A stretch of 32,000 nucleotides of DNA from Erysipelothrix inopinata (GTDB lineage Bacteria; Bacillota_I; Bacilli_A; Erysipelotrichales; Erysipelotrichaceae): positions 360,001 through 392,000 of the forward strand of contig NZ_CP060715.1 in NCBI RefSeq assembly GCF_014396165.1, written 5' to 3'. Under the pieces are notes generated by a model, which was not told where the DNA came from, did not search any database, and saw only the letters and a list, made by a program, of their open reading frames with translations. Made by a program: the position numbers and the translations under genes. Numbering within the stretch: position 1 is the stretch's first letter; the number at the start of each line of letters is the position of its first letter. Below are positions 8,870 through 18,739 of the stretch, piece after piece.

Positions 8870-10203
8870 TAGATAATTCCTTTCTCAATCAGTTTTTGAC
8901 GATAACCATCAGCATCATCAAAGCGTTTTTCTTGTTTTGCAAGTGTCCATGCACTCAAGAGTTCAATATCTGCATCATCTAAGATTTTTTCTTCAATGAC
9001 AACACCCAGTACATCCATCATTTTACGAATTGTATGATAATGTTTCGCAACATCATGCATATTTTTTTCTCTTAATCTTAAAGCAGAATTCAGTGCTTTA
9101 ACTTCTTCAAAGAGAACTACTTGAGCATTTGCAACATTAAGGTCATCATTTAAGTTCTCAATAAAAGACGCATATGTTTCGGACAAGGACCCTTGATCCA
9201 TAGCGTGATGAACCTGTAATTCAAGAGATGCTTGACGTAAGACTGTTTCTATTTTATCAAGTTCTTTACGTGACTGAGAAATTAAGTCATCCGTAATATT
9301 CAACACTAAGCGATAATGTGTTGATAAAAGTAACCAACGTGTAAGATTTGCTCCCAACTCTTCGATATAGTCTTGAGCCCATACAACGTTGCCTAAAGAT
9401 TTACTCATCTTCTCGCCAGCAAAGTTTACCATCGCATTATGAACCCAGTAATTTGCAAGGTCGTGATCATGAAGTGCCTTACATTGTGCCGACTCATTTT
9501 CATGATGTGGGAATTTTAAATCTTGACCTCCACCATGAATATCAATTCGATTCATTTTAAACTCATCTTGAATCATCACGACACACTCAGTATGCCACCC
9601 AGGTCTACCTTTACCCCAAGGGGAATCCCATTTAATTCCGGTATCATCAGTGTTTTTCCACAATACGAAGTCCAGAGGGTTTTCTTTGTTACTATTCTCT
9701 TCAATACGACTTCCCACAATCAATTCTTCAATATTCTGAGAAGACACTTCACCGTAAGATTGTACTTTATTCACTCTAAAGTACACATCACCTTTGACAG
9801 CATAAGCATAGCCATCGTTCACCAATTCTTCAATAAACGCTATAATTTCGTCCATGGTATCTGTAACTCGCGGCGTCGCAGCAAGACCTTCAGCATGAAG
9901 CTCACTACGAATACGATTATATGCCTCAATGTATCGATCAGAAATTTCGCGTTCACTTACATTTTCATCCAACGCTTTCTTAATAATCTTATCATCAACA
10001 TCTGTAAAGTTAGAAACCATCTTAACATGGTATTGATTCGCCTCTAATACGCGTCGTAAGAGATCAAAAACCACGATGGGACGTGCGTTACCAATATGTG
10101 CATAATTGTATACAGTCGGTCCACAGACATATAAAGAAACCTCATTTTCTTTAATGGGGATAAATTCTTCAATTGTATTTGTTTTCGAATTATATAATCT
10201 CAT
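8869..10203 (-). CDS. cysS: Cysteine--tRNA ligase
   Basis: HIGNARP (HIGH) and KMSKS class-I motifs, plus the WHTEC zinc site. Start re-set to ATG 10203 (MRLYNSK), with GGAGG 8 nt upstream. Confidence 0.95.
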   Translation of the reverse strand: MRLYNSKTNTIEEFIPIKENEVSLYVCGPTVYNYAHIGNARPIVVFDLLRRVLEANQYHVKMVSNFTDVDDKIIKKALDENVSEREISDRYIEAYNRIRSELHAEGLAATPRVTDTMDEIIAFIEELVNDGYAYAVKGDVYFRVNKVQSYGEVSSQNIEELIVGSRIEENSNKENPLDFVLWKNTDDTGIKWDSPWGKGRPGWHTECVVMIQDEFKMNRIDIHGGGQDLKFPHHENESAQCKALHDHDLANYWVHNAMVNFAGEKMSKSLGNVVWAQDYIEELGANLTRWLLLSTHYRLVLNITDDLISQSRKELDKIETVLRQASLELQVHHAMDQGSLSETYASFIENLNDDLNVANAQVVLFEEVKALNSALRLREKNMHDVAKHYHTIRKMMDVLGVVIEEKILDDADIELLSAWTLAKQEKRFDDADGYRQKLIEKGII

Positions 10204-10227
10204 ATGTTCTGCCTCCAATTCATGATA

Positions 10228-10236
10228 AGTATACCA
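10228..10236 (-). promoter_or_regulatory. Putative extended -10 promoter (TGgTATACT) for cysS-mrnC-rlmB-sigH
   Basis: Minus strand: ...ttaTGgTATACTtatcatgaattGGAGG. It lies immediately downstream of the gap terminator. No clear -35. Confidence 0.45.
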
Positions 10237-10250
10237 TAACCATAACGATA

Positions 10251-10278
10251 AAAAAAACTACCTCAAAGAGGTAGTTTT
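10251..10278 (-). terminator. Rho-independent terminator after gap
   Basis: Minus strand: AAAACTACCTC-ttt-GAGGTAGTTTT followed by TTTT. Perfect 8-bp core stem, extendable by A-T pairs. Confidence 0.85.
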
Positions 10279-10290
10279 AGTTGTTTCAAA

Positions 10291-11354
<1,064 letters not shown>

Positions 11355-11372
11355 TTGTGAGTTAACTAACAA
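11355..11372 (-). promoter_or_regulatory. 18-bp near-perfect palindrome abutting the gap -35 (Rex-like operator candidate)
   Basis: Minus strand: TTGTTAGTTAACTCACAA, with a single mismatch to perfect dyad symmetry. It resembles the Rex consensus TTGTGAAnnnnTTCACAA at 11 of 14 defined positions. Confidence 0.3.
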
Positions 11373-11373
11373 C

Positions 11374-12273
11374 CTAATAGAAATCACGATTCCAAATTGC
11401 TTTACCAAATGCGTTAAAAGCAGAGTAGGCAGATATAATTTTTATATGAAATAACCGTTCAAAAAGTTCTTGGTCATTCACCTTCGCTAATATGAACGGA
11501 ACCTTTTCACGACGCGATTCCGGTAGAATCTTTTCAATCTTCTCAAATACAGAACAATACATTACAATTCGCGCTTTTCCACGCGATGCAAACGACAAGA
11601 GCTTTAAAAGTGTACCACTCTTATCATAGCAACACTCCAACACTTCGATCGATGTTTTATAATTGATAAACAAAAGATAGCCAACCAGTTTTCCATTAGC
11701 GGTTAACCCAACGATGCTACCACCCATCGATTTCAAGTATTGTTTCATTTCGTCGTAATATTGGATATCACGCTCAAAATAACCATCAAAATGCTTTGAA
11801 AAATTCTGATAGGCACTCAAAAGCTCATCACTTTTCGGATCAAGCACAATGCCATCAACACCAAATTCAGGTACAATTGATGAATTCATATTATAACGGT
11901 ACATGTCAACGACTGTTTCAAAGCCCAATGATTCGAACAATTCGACATCATTGCTTTGAACTAATGTTAAGAGATGTTTTTGTGCCGATTCTTCTACAAT
12001 TGCCTCAACAAGAGTTTCCATTGCTTCTACAGAATCATGAACACCATGATGAAGATAAGATACACTGAGATGTTTATGATGGAGTACAAGTTCTTTTTCA
12101 TCAACCATGATCATAGCGTCATTTTCCCCATGATCATTTTCATGACTTTTACCTGTATGATTTTTAAACAATGTATCGCAATACTGCTTACGTTGTGTAT
12201 CCGTAACATCACGATCCATAACTTGCATCGAAAAATAACGATTTTTCATCGACTCATCAATCTTTCGAATCAT
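11374..12273 (-). CDS. Eis-like GNAT/SCP2-domain family protein (assignment tentative; N-terminal GNAT looks degenerate)
   Basis: 299 aa. AAGGAG SD 9 nt upstream of the ATG. ELFESLGFETV and a central GGSIVGLTANGKLVGYLLF strand pattern suggest GNAT folds. The C-terminal PFILAKVNDQELFERL resembles the P..MARIVD..AL segment of Eis-family SCP2 domains. I could not find an acetyl-CoA R/Q-x-x-G-x-G/A loop. Confidence 0.35.
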   Translation of the reverse strand: MIRKIDESMKNRYFSMQVMDRDVTDTQRKQYCDTLFKNHTGKSHENDHGENDAMIMVDEKELVLHHKHLSVSYLHHGVHDSVEAMETLVEAIVEESAQKHLLTLVQSNDVELFESLGFETVVDMYRYNMNSSIVPEFGVDGIVLDPKSDELLSAYQNFSKHFDGYFERDIQYYDEMKQYLKSMGGSIVGLTANGKLVGYLLFINYKTSIEVLECCYDKSGTLLKLLSFASRGKARIVMYCSVFEKIEKILPESRREKVPFILAKVNDQELFERLFHIKIISAYSAFNAFGKAIWNRDFY

Positions 12274-12290
12274 AGATCAGCGCTCCTTGT

Positions 12291-12560
12291 CTATTCAGAA
12301 TCATCCTTAACTTCACGTTCAGTATATTCAACATCAATCACATCTTTATTACGTGATTGCGATTGACTTCTGGTTGTTCTATCTTGAGAACCACCTTGAT
12401 AGTAGGTACGTTGTCTCGTTGTTGATGCATTCGGATTGATCAAATATTTGATTACACGAATAACCGTAACAACTGCCCAAACACCCACTCCAAAAACAAA
12501 TAATTGCGGTAAAATACTTACCAACATAACTAATAAGAGAATAAATAATAAATAATACAT
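12291..12560 (-). CDS. Small membrane protein (two predicted TM helices plus a polar Ser/Arg/Thr/Gln-rich tail), unknown function
   Basis: Start re-set to ATG 12560 (MYYLLFILLLVMLVSILPQLFVFGVGVWAVVTVI...), with AAAGGTGG 8 nt upstream. The downstream Eis-like gene follows 17 nt after its stop, with its own SD. Confidence 0.55.
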   Translation of the reverse strand: MYYLLFILLLVMLVSILPQLFVFGVGVWAVVTVIRVIKYLINPNASTTRQRTYYQGGSQDRTTRSQSQSRNKDVIDVEYTEREVKDDSE

Positions 12561-12582
12561 CCGACTAACCACCTTTTGCGTA

Positions 12583-12591
12583 ATTATATCA
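12583..12591 (-). promoter_or_regulatory. Putative extended -10 promoter (TGaTATAAT)
   Basis: Minus strand: ...gttcgTGaTATAATtacgcaaaAGGTGG, upstream of the small membrane protein gene. Weak or absent -35. Confidence 0.45.
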
Positions 12592-12643
12592 CGAACTTAA
12601 CTCATTGCGATACTGCGACACCGCTTCACTTAATTTCGCAAAT

Positions 12644-13576
12644 TTAATCTAACTTACTTGCGATTTCAATGATTTTCTTAAATCGATGTTGTAATCCTGA
12701 TTTACTGATTGTCTCTCCATGAATTTCTTCATATTCATATATCAATTCATTCAAGCTTGCTTCTGGATACTGCATTCTTAAGTCTGCAACTTGAATCAAT
12801 CTTGGTTCAAGATAATTATAGCGATTATGTTCGATTAATTTCTGAATCGCATCAATCTGTTTATTTCCCGCTTGAATACTTTTTACCTCATTAGCAACTT
12901 CACAGTTGTCCAAACGAATTAAAGAGTTCTTGAAATCTCTTTGAATACGAACATCCTCAAATTCAAGAGTTTTCACATGAGCTCCCGTAACCTTTAAGAA
13001 GTCCGCGATATGATCAGCAGCTTTTACATAAACAACATATTTGTTACGACGTTTTGTAATTTTCGCATTAATATCTTGGTATTCAAAAAGTTTCTTGATA
13101 AACTCAGCAAGTTCATCATCAACAGTAGCAATCTCCAAGTGATAATTTGGCGTTGTTGGAGCATTAATGCTCCCACCCGCAAGGAATGCGCCACCCAGAT
13201 ATGCTTGCTTACAACACGGTTTAACCGTAATAACACTTGAAGGTGTGTGTCTCATACCTCGGGATGTATAAATTCCCAAGTCCTCCAAGATTTCAATTCC
13301 TTGTGATAAAACACGAAGAATATAGACATTATTTTTATTAAGATTTTGTTTCTTAACTACTTTTAATTCTATTTCTACATCATAACGATTTTTTAAAATT
13401 GAAAACATGCGTTTCGCAATCGTTGCATTCTCAATTTCAATCTGTAATTGCATTTGTTTATTTACAATCAACAAATTGGAATTAATGTGTAAAAATGCAG
13501 ATAGCATCGCTCTTTCACAACATGAATCCATCTCCACGTTACTTATTTCATGTTTTACTTCACTGCTAAAGGACAT
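12644..13576 (-). CDS. whiA: DNA-binding protein WhiA
   Basis: 310 aa. Characteristic N-terminus MSFSSEVKHEIS, degenerate LAGLIDADG-type domains (AYLGGAFLAGGSINAP) and a C-terminal HTH (ISKSGLQHRFKKI). GGAGG SD. Synteny rapZ-yvcK-whiA. Confidence 0.9.
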   Translation of the reverse strand: MSFSSEVKHEISNVEMDSCCERAMLSAFLHINSNLLIVNKQMQLQIEIENATIAKRMFSILKNRYDVEIELKVVKKQNLNKNNVYILRVLSQGIEILEDLGIYTSRGMRHTPSSVITVKPCCKQAYLGGAFLAGGSINAPTTPNYHLEIATVDDELAEFIKKLFEYQDINAKITKRRNKYVVYVKAADHIADFLKVTGAHVKTLEFEDVRIQRDFKNSLIRLDNCEVANEVKSIQAGNKQIDAIQKLIEHNRYNYLEPRLIQVADLRMQYPEASLNELIYEYEEIHGETISKSGLQHRFKKIIEIASKLD

Positions 13577-14517
13577 TCCAAAGCCTCCAATATTTCTTTA
13601 AAACCATCACTCACCTTGGTGTGTGAATGACGTATTCTTCGATTTTTAAATTCTAATAATTCTTGCGATAAAATAGCATAGTCATGATTTTCATGAGCAA
13701 AACGAATCATATGACTGCCTTCTTCTTGATAGTTTCGGATGACATCTTCCGGTACTTTATCCGATGCACGGACAACAAGATCAATGTGTTCAACACCATG
13801 CTTGATAATCGCATCAACATGATCTTCACCTGTATATCCTTCGGTTTCTCCCGGTTGACTCATAGCGTTACAGTAATAAACTTTTTTAGCTTTACTTGTT
13901 CGAATGGCCTCATTGATTTCAGGAATAATAACATTCGGAATAATGGATGTATAAAGCGATCCAACTCCGAATAAGATTATGTCAGCTGATTGAATCGCTG
14001 CGACAGATTCTTTCGTAGCTTCCACTACAACATCATAGTAAACTTCTTCGATTGAGTTTAAGTACTTAGGTATGTTGGATTCGCCACGAACAATCGTTCC
14101 ATCTTCCATTCGCGCACATAACGTAATCACATCTGTCGAAGCTGGGAATACATCCCCCTTAACATTTAATACCTTCGACATGTTGGTGACAGCTCCCATA
14201 AAGCTTCCTGATTCTTCAGTTAGTGCCGTTAGAATAAGATTCCCAAGATTGTGCCCAGCAAGCGATGAACGCTTCGATTCATCAAAACGATAATTCATGA
14301 TTTGCGAAATCATCGTTTCCGATTCAGCTAGTGCTACCATAACGTTTCGAATATCTCCCATACCAGGAATATCAAATTCTTCACGTAAGCGACCCGTACT
14401 TCCACCGTCGTCTGCCACAGTAACAATAGCAGTGAGATGAATATCTTCAATATTTTTCAGTCCTCGAAGCAGTGCCGATTGGCCCTTTCCCCCTCCGATA
14501 ACTACAACCTTAATCAT
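13555..14517 (-). CDS. yvcK: YvcK/GlmR family gluconeogenesis factor (CofD-like fold)
   Basis: VVVIGGGKGQSALLRGLK N-terminus, VADDGGSTGRLR and GNLIL motifs. Start re-set to ATG 14517, which overlaps the rapZ stop (ATGATTAA). Confidence 0.88.
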   Translation of the reverse strand: MIKVVVIGGGKGQSALLRGLKNIEDIHLTAIVTVADDGGSTGRLREEFDIPGMGDIRNVMVALAESETMISQIMNYRFDESKRSSLAGHNLGNLILTALTEESGSFMGAVTNMSKVLNVKGDVFPASTDVITLCARMEDGTIVRGESNIPKYLNSIEEVYYDVVVEATKESVAAIQSADIILFGVGSLYTSIIPNVIIPEINEAIRTSKAKKVYYCNAMSQPGETEGYTGEDHVDAIIKHGVEHIDLVVRASDKVPEDVIRNYQEEGSHMIRFAHENHDYAILSQELLEFKNRRIRHSHTKVSDGFKEILEALECPLAVK

Positions 14518-15373
14518 GATAGACCTCAACAGCATCACGATGGTCTTTATAGACGTTATATTCTTTTCGATAATTTTTATACAACCAGTTTACAATGGAC
14601 ACAGAACGGTGTTGCCCACCTGTACATCCAATTGCGACGGTAAGTAAGTGTTTGGATTCATCTTTATATGTTTTCATCGTGTACTCAAGATAATCTGTAA
14701 GTTTGCCTAAGAACTCTTGCGTTTTTTCATCATTAATTACGTAATCAAACACACGTTCATCATTACCACTTTTTGATCTTAACTCCTCGTCCCAGTATGG
14801 GTTCTTTAGAAATCTAACATCAAATACTAAGTCAGCATCCATGGGGAGTCCCTTACGATAACCAAACGAAATGAAGCTAACTGACAAGGCTTCTTTTCCC
14901 TCGATTGCAAAGAAGCGTTTAATTCGTGACGTAAGGTTTGCTTGTGTTAAAAATGTCGTGTCAATAATGATTGAAGCCGAAGATTTAATATTAGAAAACT
15001 CTTCAATCTCAGCATCAATCGCCTCTTCGAGACCATTTGCTAGGTTCGCAACAATAAGGGGGTGATTACGACGGTTATATTTATAACGTAAGAGTAATTG
15101 TTCCTTATTTGCCTCTAGGAAGAGCACAAGAAGCTCCACATCAACATTTTTAAATGCACGGTAAAATACATCGAAATCTTTAGCTGAAACAGATAGCGCT
15201 ACATTTTGATAGTCGCCATCTTTTCCTTCCATAATCATTTTAATAAGATCTTTTAATAAGAAACTCGGAAAGCGGTCAATACAATGGTAACCCAAGTCTT
15301 CCAACACAGCCATTGCACTTGTTTTTCCAGCTCCTGACATTCCTGTAACTAAGATAACTTTTTTGTTTTCCAT
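14510..15373 (-). CDS. rapZ: RNase adapter / nucleotide-binding protein RapZ (YvcJ)
   Basis: Walker A VTGMSGAGKTSA and the C-terminal GCTGGQHRSV motif. Start re-set to ATG 15373 because the track's GTG overlaps the GAGGTG SD. Confidence 0.9.
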   Translation of the reverse strand: MENKKVILVTGMSGAGKTSAMAVLEDLGYHCIDRFPSFLLKDLIKMIMEGKDGDYQNVALSVSAKDFDVFYRAFKNVDVELLVLFLEANKEQLLLRYKYNRRNHPLIVANLANGLEEAIDAEIEEFSNIKSSASIIIDTTFLTQANLTSRIKRFFAIEGKEALSVSFISFGYRKGLPMDADLVFDVRFLKNPYWDEELRSKSGNDERVFDYVINDEKTQEFLGKLTDYLEYTMKTYKDESKHLLTVAIGCTGGQHRSVSIVNWLYKNYRKEYNVYKDHRDAVEVYHD

Positions 15374-15397
15374 GTTCACACCTCTGTCCTTATTATA

Positions 15398-15426
15398 GCA
15401 AAAATCTAAGGCTATGCCTTAGATTT
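15398..15426 (-). terminator. Rho-independent terminator after trxB
   Basis: Minus strand: AAATCTAAGGC-ata-GCCTTAGATTT then TTgc. Perfect 11-bp stem that contains the last codons (KSKA) and the TAG stop of trxB. A TATAAT follows at 15397-15392. Confidence 0.8.
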
Positions 15427-16350
15427 AAGATCTTGTATATAACTAAATGCGTTTTGAGCTGTAACCGCACCATCACTCGTTGCTGTTACGATTTGACGAA
15501 GATGTTTTTGAATGACATCTCCTGCCCCATAGATTCCAGGAACAACAGATTGTAAATCATCTCCTACAATCATATATCCTTCCGAATCAAGAACACCTTC
15601 ATGATTTTTTAAGAAATCTGTTGCAGGGATAGCACCAATATATGGGAAGACCCCCTCTGCATCAATTTCACAAACTTCCTCAGTATCAACATTCTTGAAT
15701 TTCATTCCGGCGATACGACCATCTTTCTCAATATAGTCAACCGGAACATGTTTTCTTAATACTTCAATTTTGTCATTATTCAATACTTGTCTTTGTGATG
15801 AATCATCGCCTCTAAATACATCACGACGAATTACAAGTGTTACTTTTTTTGCAAACTGTGTCAGGTAAACTGATTCTTCAAGAGCTGAGTTACCACCACC
15901 GATAACTACAACATGTTTTTCTTTAAAGAATGCGCCATCACACACTGCACAATAGGATAGACCATGACCTAACAAAGCATCATCTCCTGCAAATCCTAAG
16001 GTTCTTTCATTAGTTCCAGTCGCAACAATCACAACATGTGACTGATAACTATTGCCATCTTCTGTCTTAACGATTTTCCAATCCCCTTCGTCTACAATCT
16101 CTACAACACGACCATAGAGGTACTCAGTACCATAAGAAGTTGAATGTTCAAACATCTTCATAGAAAGATCGACACCAGTTACATTATCAACACCTGGGTA
16201 GTTACAGATAATATCTGTTTTAACCATTTTTCCTCCGGGTGCTTCTGGTTCCAACATTGCTGTTTTAAGTCCAGCACGACCCGCATAAACCGCAGCTGTT
16301 AAGCCAGCAGGTCCTGCCCCAATTATTATTACATCATAGTTACTGTCCAT
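15412..16350 (-). CDS. trxB: Thioredoxin-disulfide reductase
   Basis: IIIGAGPAG FAD motif, CAVCDG redox centre, VIGGGNSALEE NADPH motif, GAGD. GAAGGAGGA SD. 22-nt overlap with the upstream fusion gene. Confidence 0.95.
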   Translation of the reverse strand: MDSNYDVIIIGAGPAGLTAAVYAGRAGLKTAMLEPEAPGGKMVKTDIICNYPGVDNVTGVDLSMKMFEHSTSYGTEYLYGRVVEIVDEGDWKIVKTEDGNSYQSHVVIVATGTNERTLGFAGDDALLGHGLSYCAVCDGAFFKEKHVVVIGGGNSALEESVYLTQFAKKVTLVIRRDVFRGDDSSQRQVLNNDKIEVLRKHVPVDYIEKDGRIAGMKFKNVDTEEVCEIDAEGVFPYIGAIPATDFLKNHEGVLDSEGYMIVGDDLQSVVPGIYGAGDVIQKHLRQIVTATSDGAVTAQNAFSYIQDLKSKA

Positions 16351-17789
16351 GGGTGATCCTCCTTCACAATTTCTAATATGTCATTTAAATCATCAATGAC
16401 ACGGTTCGGATTTGAATCTCTTAAATCCTTCTCTCGTATCCTATCAAATACGAAACCGATTGTAAACGAACCTGCCCGCTTGCCAGCAATCACATCAGAT
16501 GCAGTATCACCTACATAAATAACATTACCACGATCGACATTCATAATCTCTAATGCCTTGTCAATTCCTGCTGGATCTGGTTTTGCTGGTTCAAACTCAT
16601 CTCCACCTAGTACAACTTCATAGTAACCATCTAATCCCGTTACTTTTAATCCTAATTCAAGTGCAGTTTTACGTTTATTTGAAACAAGCCCCATACGATA
16701 GCCATCTTTTTGCAAACTATCCAACACATGCTTCGCATCTTTAATTTCTTTAACATGTTCTTCGTGAAGTGATGCATTAATGCGTTGATAATCCTCAATG
16801 ACTTCTGCTATTTTGGCTTCTTCGAAGTAAAGGCTAAAGGTTGCACTCAATGTCGGGCCTAAAAACGAATATAATTCTTCTTCAGTTAGTTCATGATCTG
16901 GTTTATGTTTTTTGAATACTTCTTTAAATGTTAAGAGAATGCATTCTTGAGTATCCGCAAGTGTTCCATCGAAATCAAATAAGATAATCGGTTTATTGCT
17001 TGGCATCAAGGCTTTAAAGCCTCCAAAATAACCAATAAGACCAATCACAACAAATATCAATGAGATAACTTGAGCAATTCTTAAAGGTCCAATCCATAAA
17101 CTATCATCACGGAATCCTTCAATAAAGAAGCGTGTTACTCCATACCACATAAGATATGAGAATGTTAAATCTCCACGTTTAATTTTACTGAATCGCTTCA
17201 ACACTAAGACAATTAATACCCATCCAACAATATTCGCGACGCTTTCAAATAAGAATGTTGGTTGACGGTAACTTCCATCAATAAACATCATCGTACGAAT
17301 AAACTCAGGGAATTTTGCATAGTATTCTGGCGAAACAATGTTGCCGTATGCTTCTTGGTTCATAAAGTTTCCCCAACGACCAATTGCTTGTGCAATAAGA
17401 ATGTTAGGAACGATTAAATCAGCCCATTGGATAAAATTCAATCTTCGTTTCTTCGCAAAGATGTATCCAAAGACAGCCCCACCAATGAGACCACCTTGAA
17501 TTGCAAGGCCACCTTCCCAAATCTTAATAATACTAATCGGATTGCTGAGGTATCCCATTAAATCCGACGAGAATAATACATACCAAATTCGAGCACCAAT
17601 AAAACCAAATACTAAGGCACCCATAAACATATCTTCAATGTCTTCAACTTTATATCCAACTTTTACAAGATTTCTCTTACTTACATAATAAGCCAGATAA
17701 GCACCCGACATAATTAAAACAGCATACCATTGGATTGAAAAAGGTCCAATCTCAACAAGTGTTCTAATATTAGGGAAAAACTTAATCAT
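16329..17789 (-). CDS. lgt: Fusion protein: prolipoprotein diacylglyceryl transferase (Lgt, about aa 1-265) plus HAD-superfamily phosphatase (PpaX/Gph-like, about aa 270-486)
   Basis: N-terminal part: multi-TM, with Lgt motifs GARIWYV, GGLAIQGGLIGG, GRWGNFMNQEAYG and GVTRFFIEGFRDD. C-terminal part: all four HAD motifs, namely FDFDGTL (I), VSNK (II), KPDP (III) and GDTASD (IV). One uninterrupted 486-codon frame. Confidence 0.85.
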   Translation of the reverse strand: MIKFFPNIRTLVEIGPFSIQWYAVLIMSGAYLAYYVSKRNLVKVGYKVEDIEDMFMGALVFGFIGARIWYVLFSSDLMGYLSNPISIIKIWEGGLAIQGGLIGGAVFGYIFAKKRRLNFIQWADLIVPNILIAQAIGRWGNFMNQEAYGNIVSPEYYAKFPEFIRTMMFIDGSYRQPTFLFESVANIVGWVLIVLVLKRFSKIKRGDLTFSYLMWYGVTRFFIEGFRDDSLWIGPLRIAQVISLIFVVIGLIGYFGGFKALMPSNKPIILFDFDGTLADTQECILLTFKEVFKKHKPDHELTEEELYSFLGPTLSATFSLYFEEAKIAEVIEDYQRINASLHEEHVKEIKDAKHVLDSLQKDGYRMGLVSNKRKTALELGLKVTGLDGYYEVVLGGDEFEPAKPDPAGIDKALEIMNVDRGNVIYVGDTASDVIAGKRAGSFTIGFVFDRIREKDLRDSNPNRVIDDLNDILEIVKEDHPWTVTMM

Positions 17790-17791
17790 AT

Positions 17792-18736
17792 CTATTGCTC
17801 CTCACTTTGACGTTTAATGTATTCCATAACGCGATCATCAAAAATCTTCGAGCTATGAATACCACGTTGTTTCAACATGAAATCACGAACTGCTGACTCT
17901 ACTAAGACGGCCATATTTCGTCCCTCTTTAACCGGGAAAATAAGATGGGGGATTTTAAGTCCAAGCGCTTCATAATACGCTTGTTCTTCAACACCCGCAC
18001 GCAAGTACTGCGCATTGTCATCCCACTTACGTAACTCAACCACGAAATCAATTTCTTCTTGTTCAAGATAAGCATTGACCCCAAACATTTGCGTTACATC
18101 AATAATACCAATGCCTCGAATTTCAAGCATTCCTTTTAAGAGTTCTGGAGCACGTCCAATAATCTTTTCTTTAACTCGTGAAATGTCGACACGATCATCC
18201 GCAATAAGTGCATGACCACGAAGCACAAGTTCTAACGCAACTTCCGATTTACCCATGCCACTATCACCAATAAGAAGAACACCTTTACCGAAAACATTCA
18301 TTAACCCACCATGTACGGAACTTCTTGGCGCTAATTCTTCGTCCAAGAAAGTAACCATATCAACCATGATATCAGAACTTGCTCGTTCAGTACTAAAGAC
18401 CGGGAAGTTCTTACGATTCGCAACCTCCATTAATACTTCAGGAATCGCATTACCACCTGTCACAAGTATTAATGGTGTTACCTCACTCGTTAAAAAATCA
18501 AAACGTTCACGTTGGAGATCATCACTTAATGCATTGAGAAATGATGATTCTTTATTACCAATAATTACAATTCTTGTTTTTTCAGCATGAGCATAAAAGC
18601 CTGTCAGCTCAAGTCCTGGTCGATTCGTATTTGGAACAATAATGAGACGTTTCAATGCATTCGCATCACCCGTAACCTGGTTTAGTTTAAAGTGTTCTGA
18701 TAAATGTTTGACCGTACAGCTCATTCTTTCTTCCAT
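17792..18736 (-). CDS. hprK: HPr kinase/phosphorylase
   Basis: P-loop GDSGMGKSE and signature LEIRGIGIIDV. 314 aa. Its ATG lies 3 nt after the uvrA stop, served by the AAGGGGGTG SD inside the uvrA end. Confidence 0.95.
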   Translation of the reverse strand: MEERMSCTVKHLSEHFKLNQVTGDANALKRLIIVPNTNRPGLELTGFYAHAEKTRIVIIGNKESSFLNALSDDLQRERFDFLTSEVTPLILVTGGNAIPEVLMEVANRKNFPVFSTERASSDIMVDMVTFLDEELAPRSSVHGGLMNVFGKGVLLIGDSGMGKSEVALELVLRGHALIADDRVDISRVKEKIIGRAPELLKGMLEIRGIGIIDVTQMFGVNAYLEQEEIDFVVELRKWDDNAQYLRAGVEEQAYYEALGLKIPHLIFPVKEGRNMAVLVESAVRDFMLKQRGIHSSKIFDDRVMEYIKRQSEEQ

Positions 18737-18739
18737 AGT

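Noticed and set aside
9523-10047. 174-aa plus-strand ORF (and 9348..9560), antisense to cysS
   Set aside because: It lies entirely inside the strongly supported cysS frame. The translation is low-complexity and Ile/Phe/Asn-rich, as expected from the antisense of an AT-rich gene. No SD and no recognisable motifs.
10204-10290. Possible T-box or other leader upstream of cysS
   Set aside because: There are only about 85 nt between gap and cysS, and most of it is taken by the gap terminator and a -10 element. That is too short for a T-box (about 200+ nt), and no specifier or T-box sequence was seen.
12573-12643. Inverted repeat TTGCGA...(25 nt)...TCGCAA after whiA as a terminator
   Set aside because: Short 6-bp arms, a large loop and no following T-tract. 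I do not call it a terminator.
17902-18084. Small nested minus-strand ORFs (17902..18084, 13024..13236, 23066..23278, 23510..23722, 27344..27541, 30212..30463, 31481..31681)
   Set aside because: Each is an out-of-frame ORF wholly inside a well-supported larger gene, with no SD and a compositionally biased translation.
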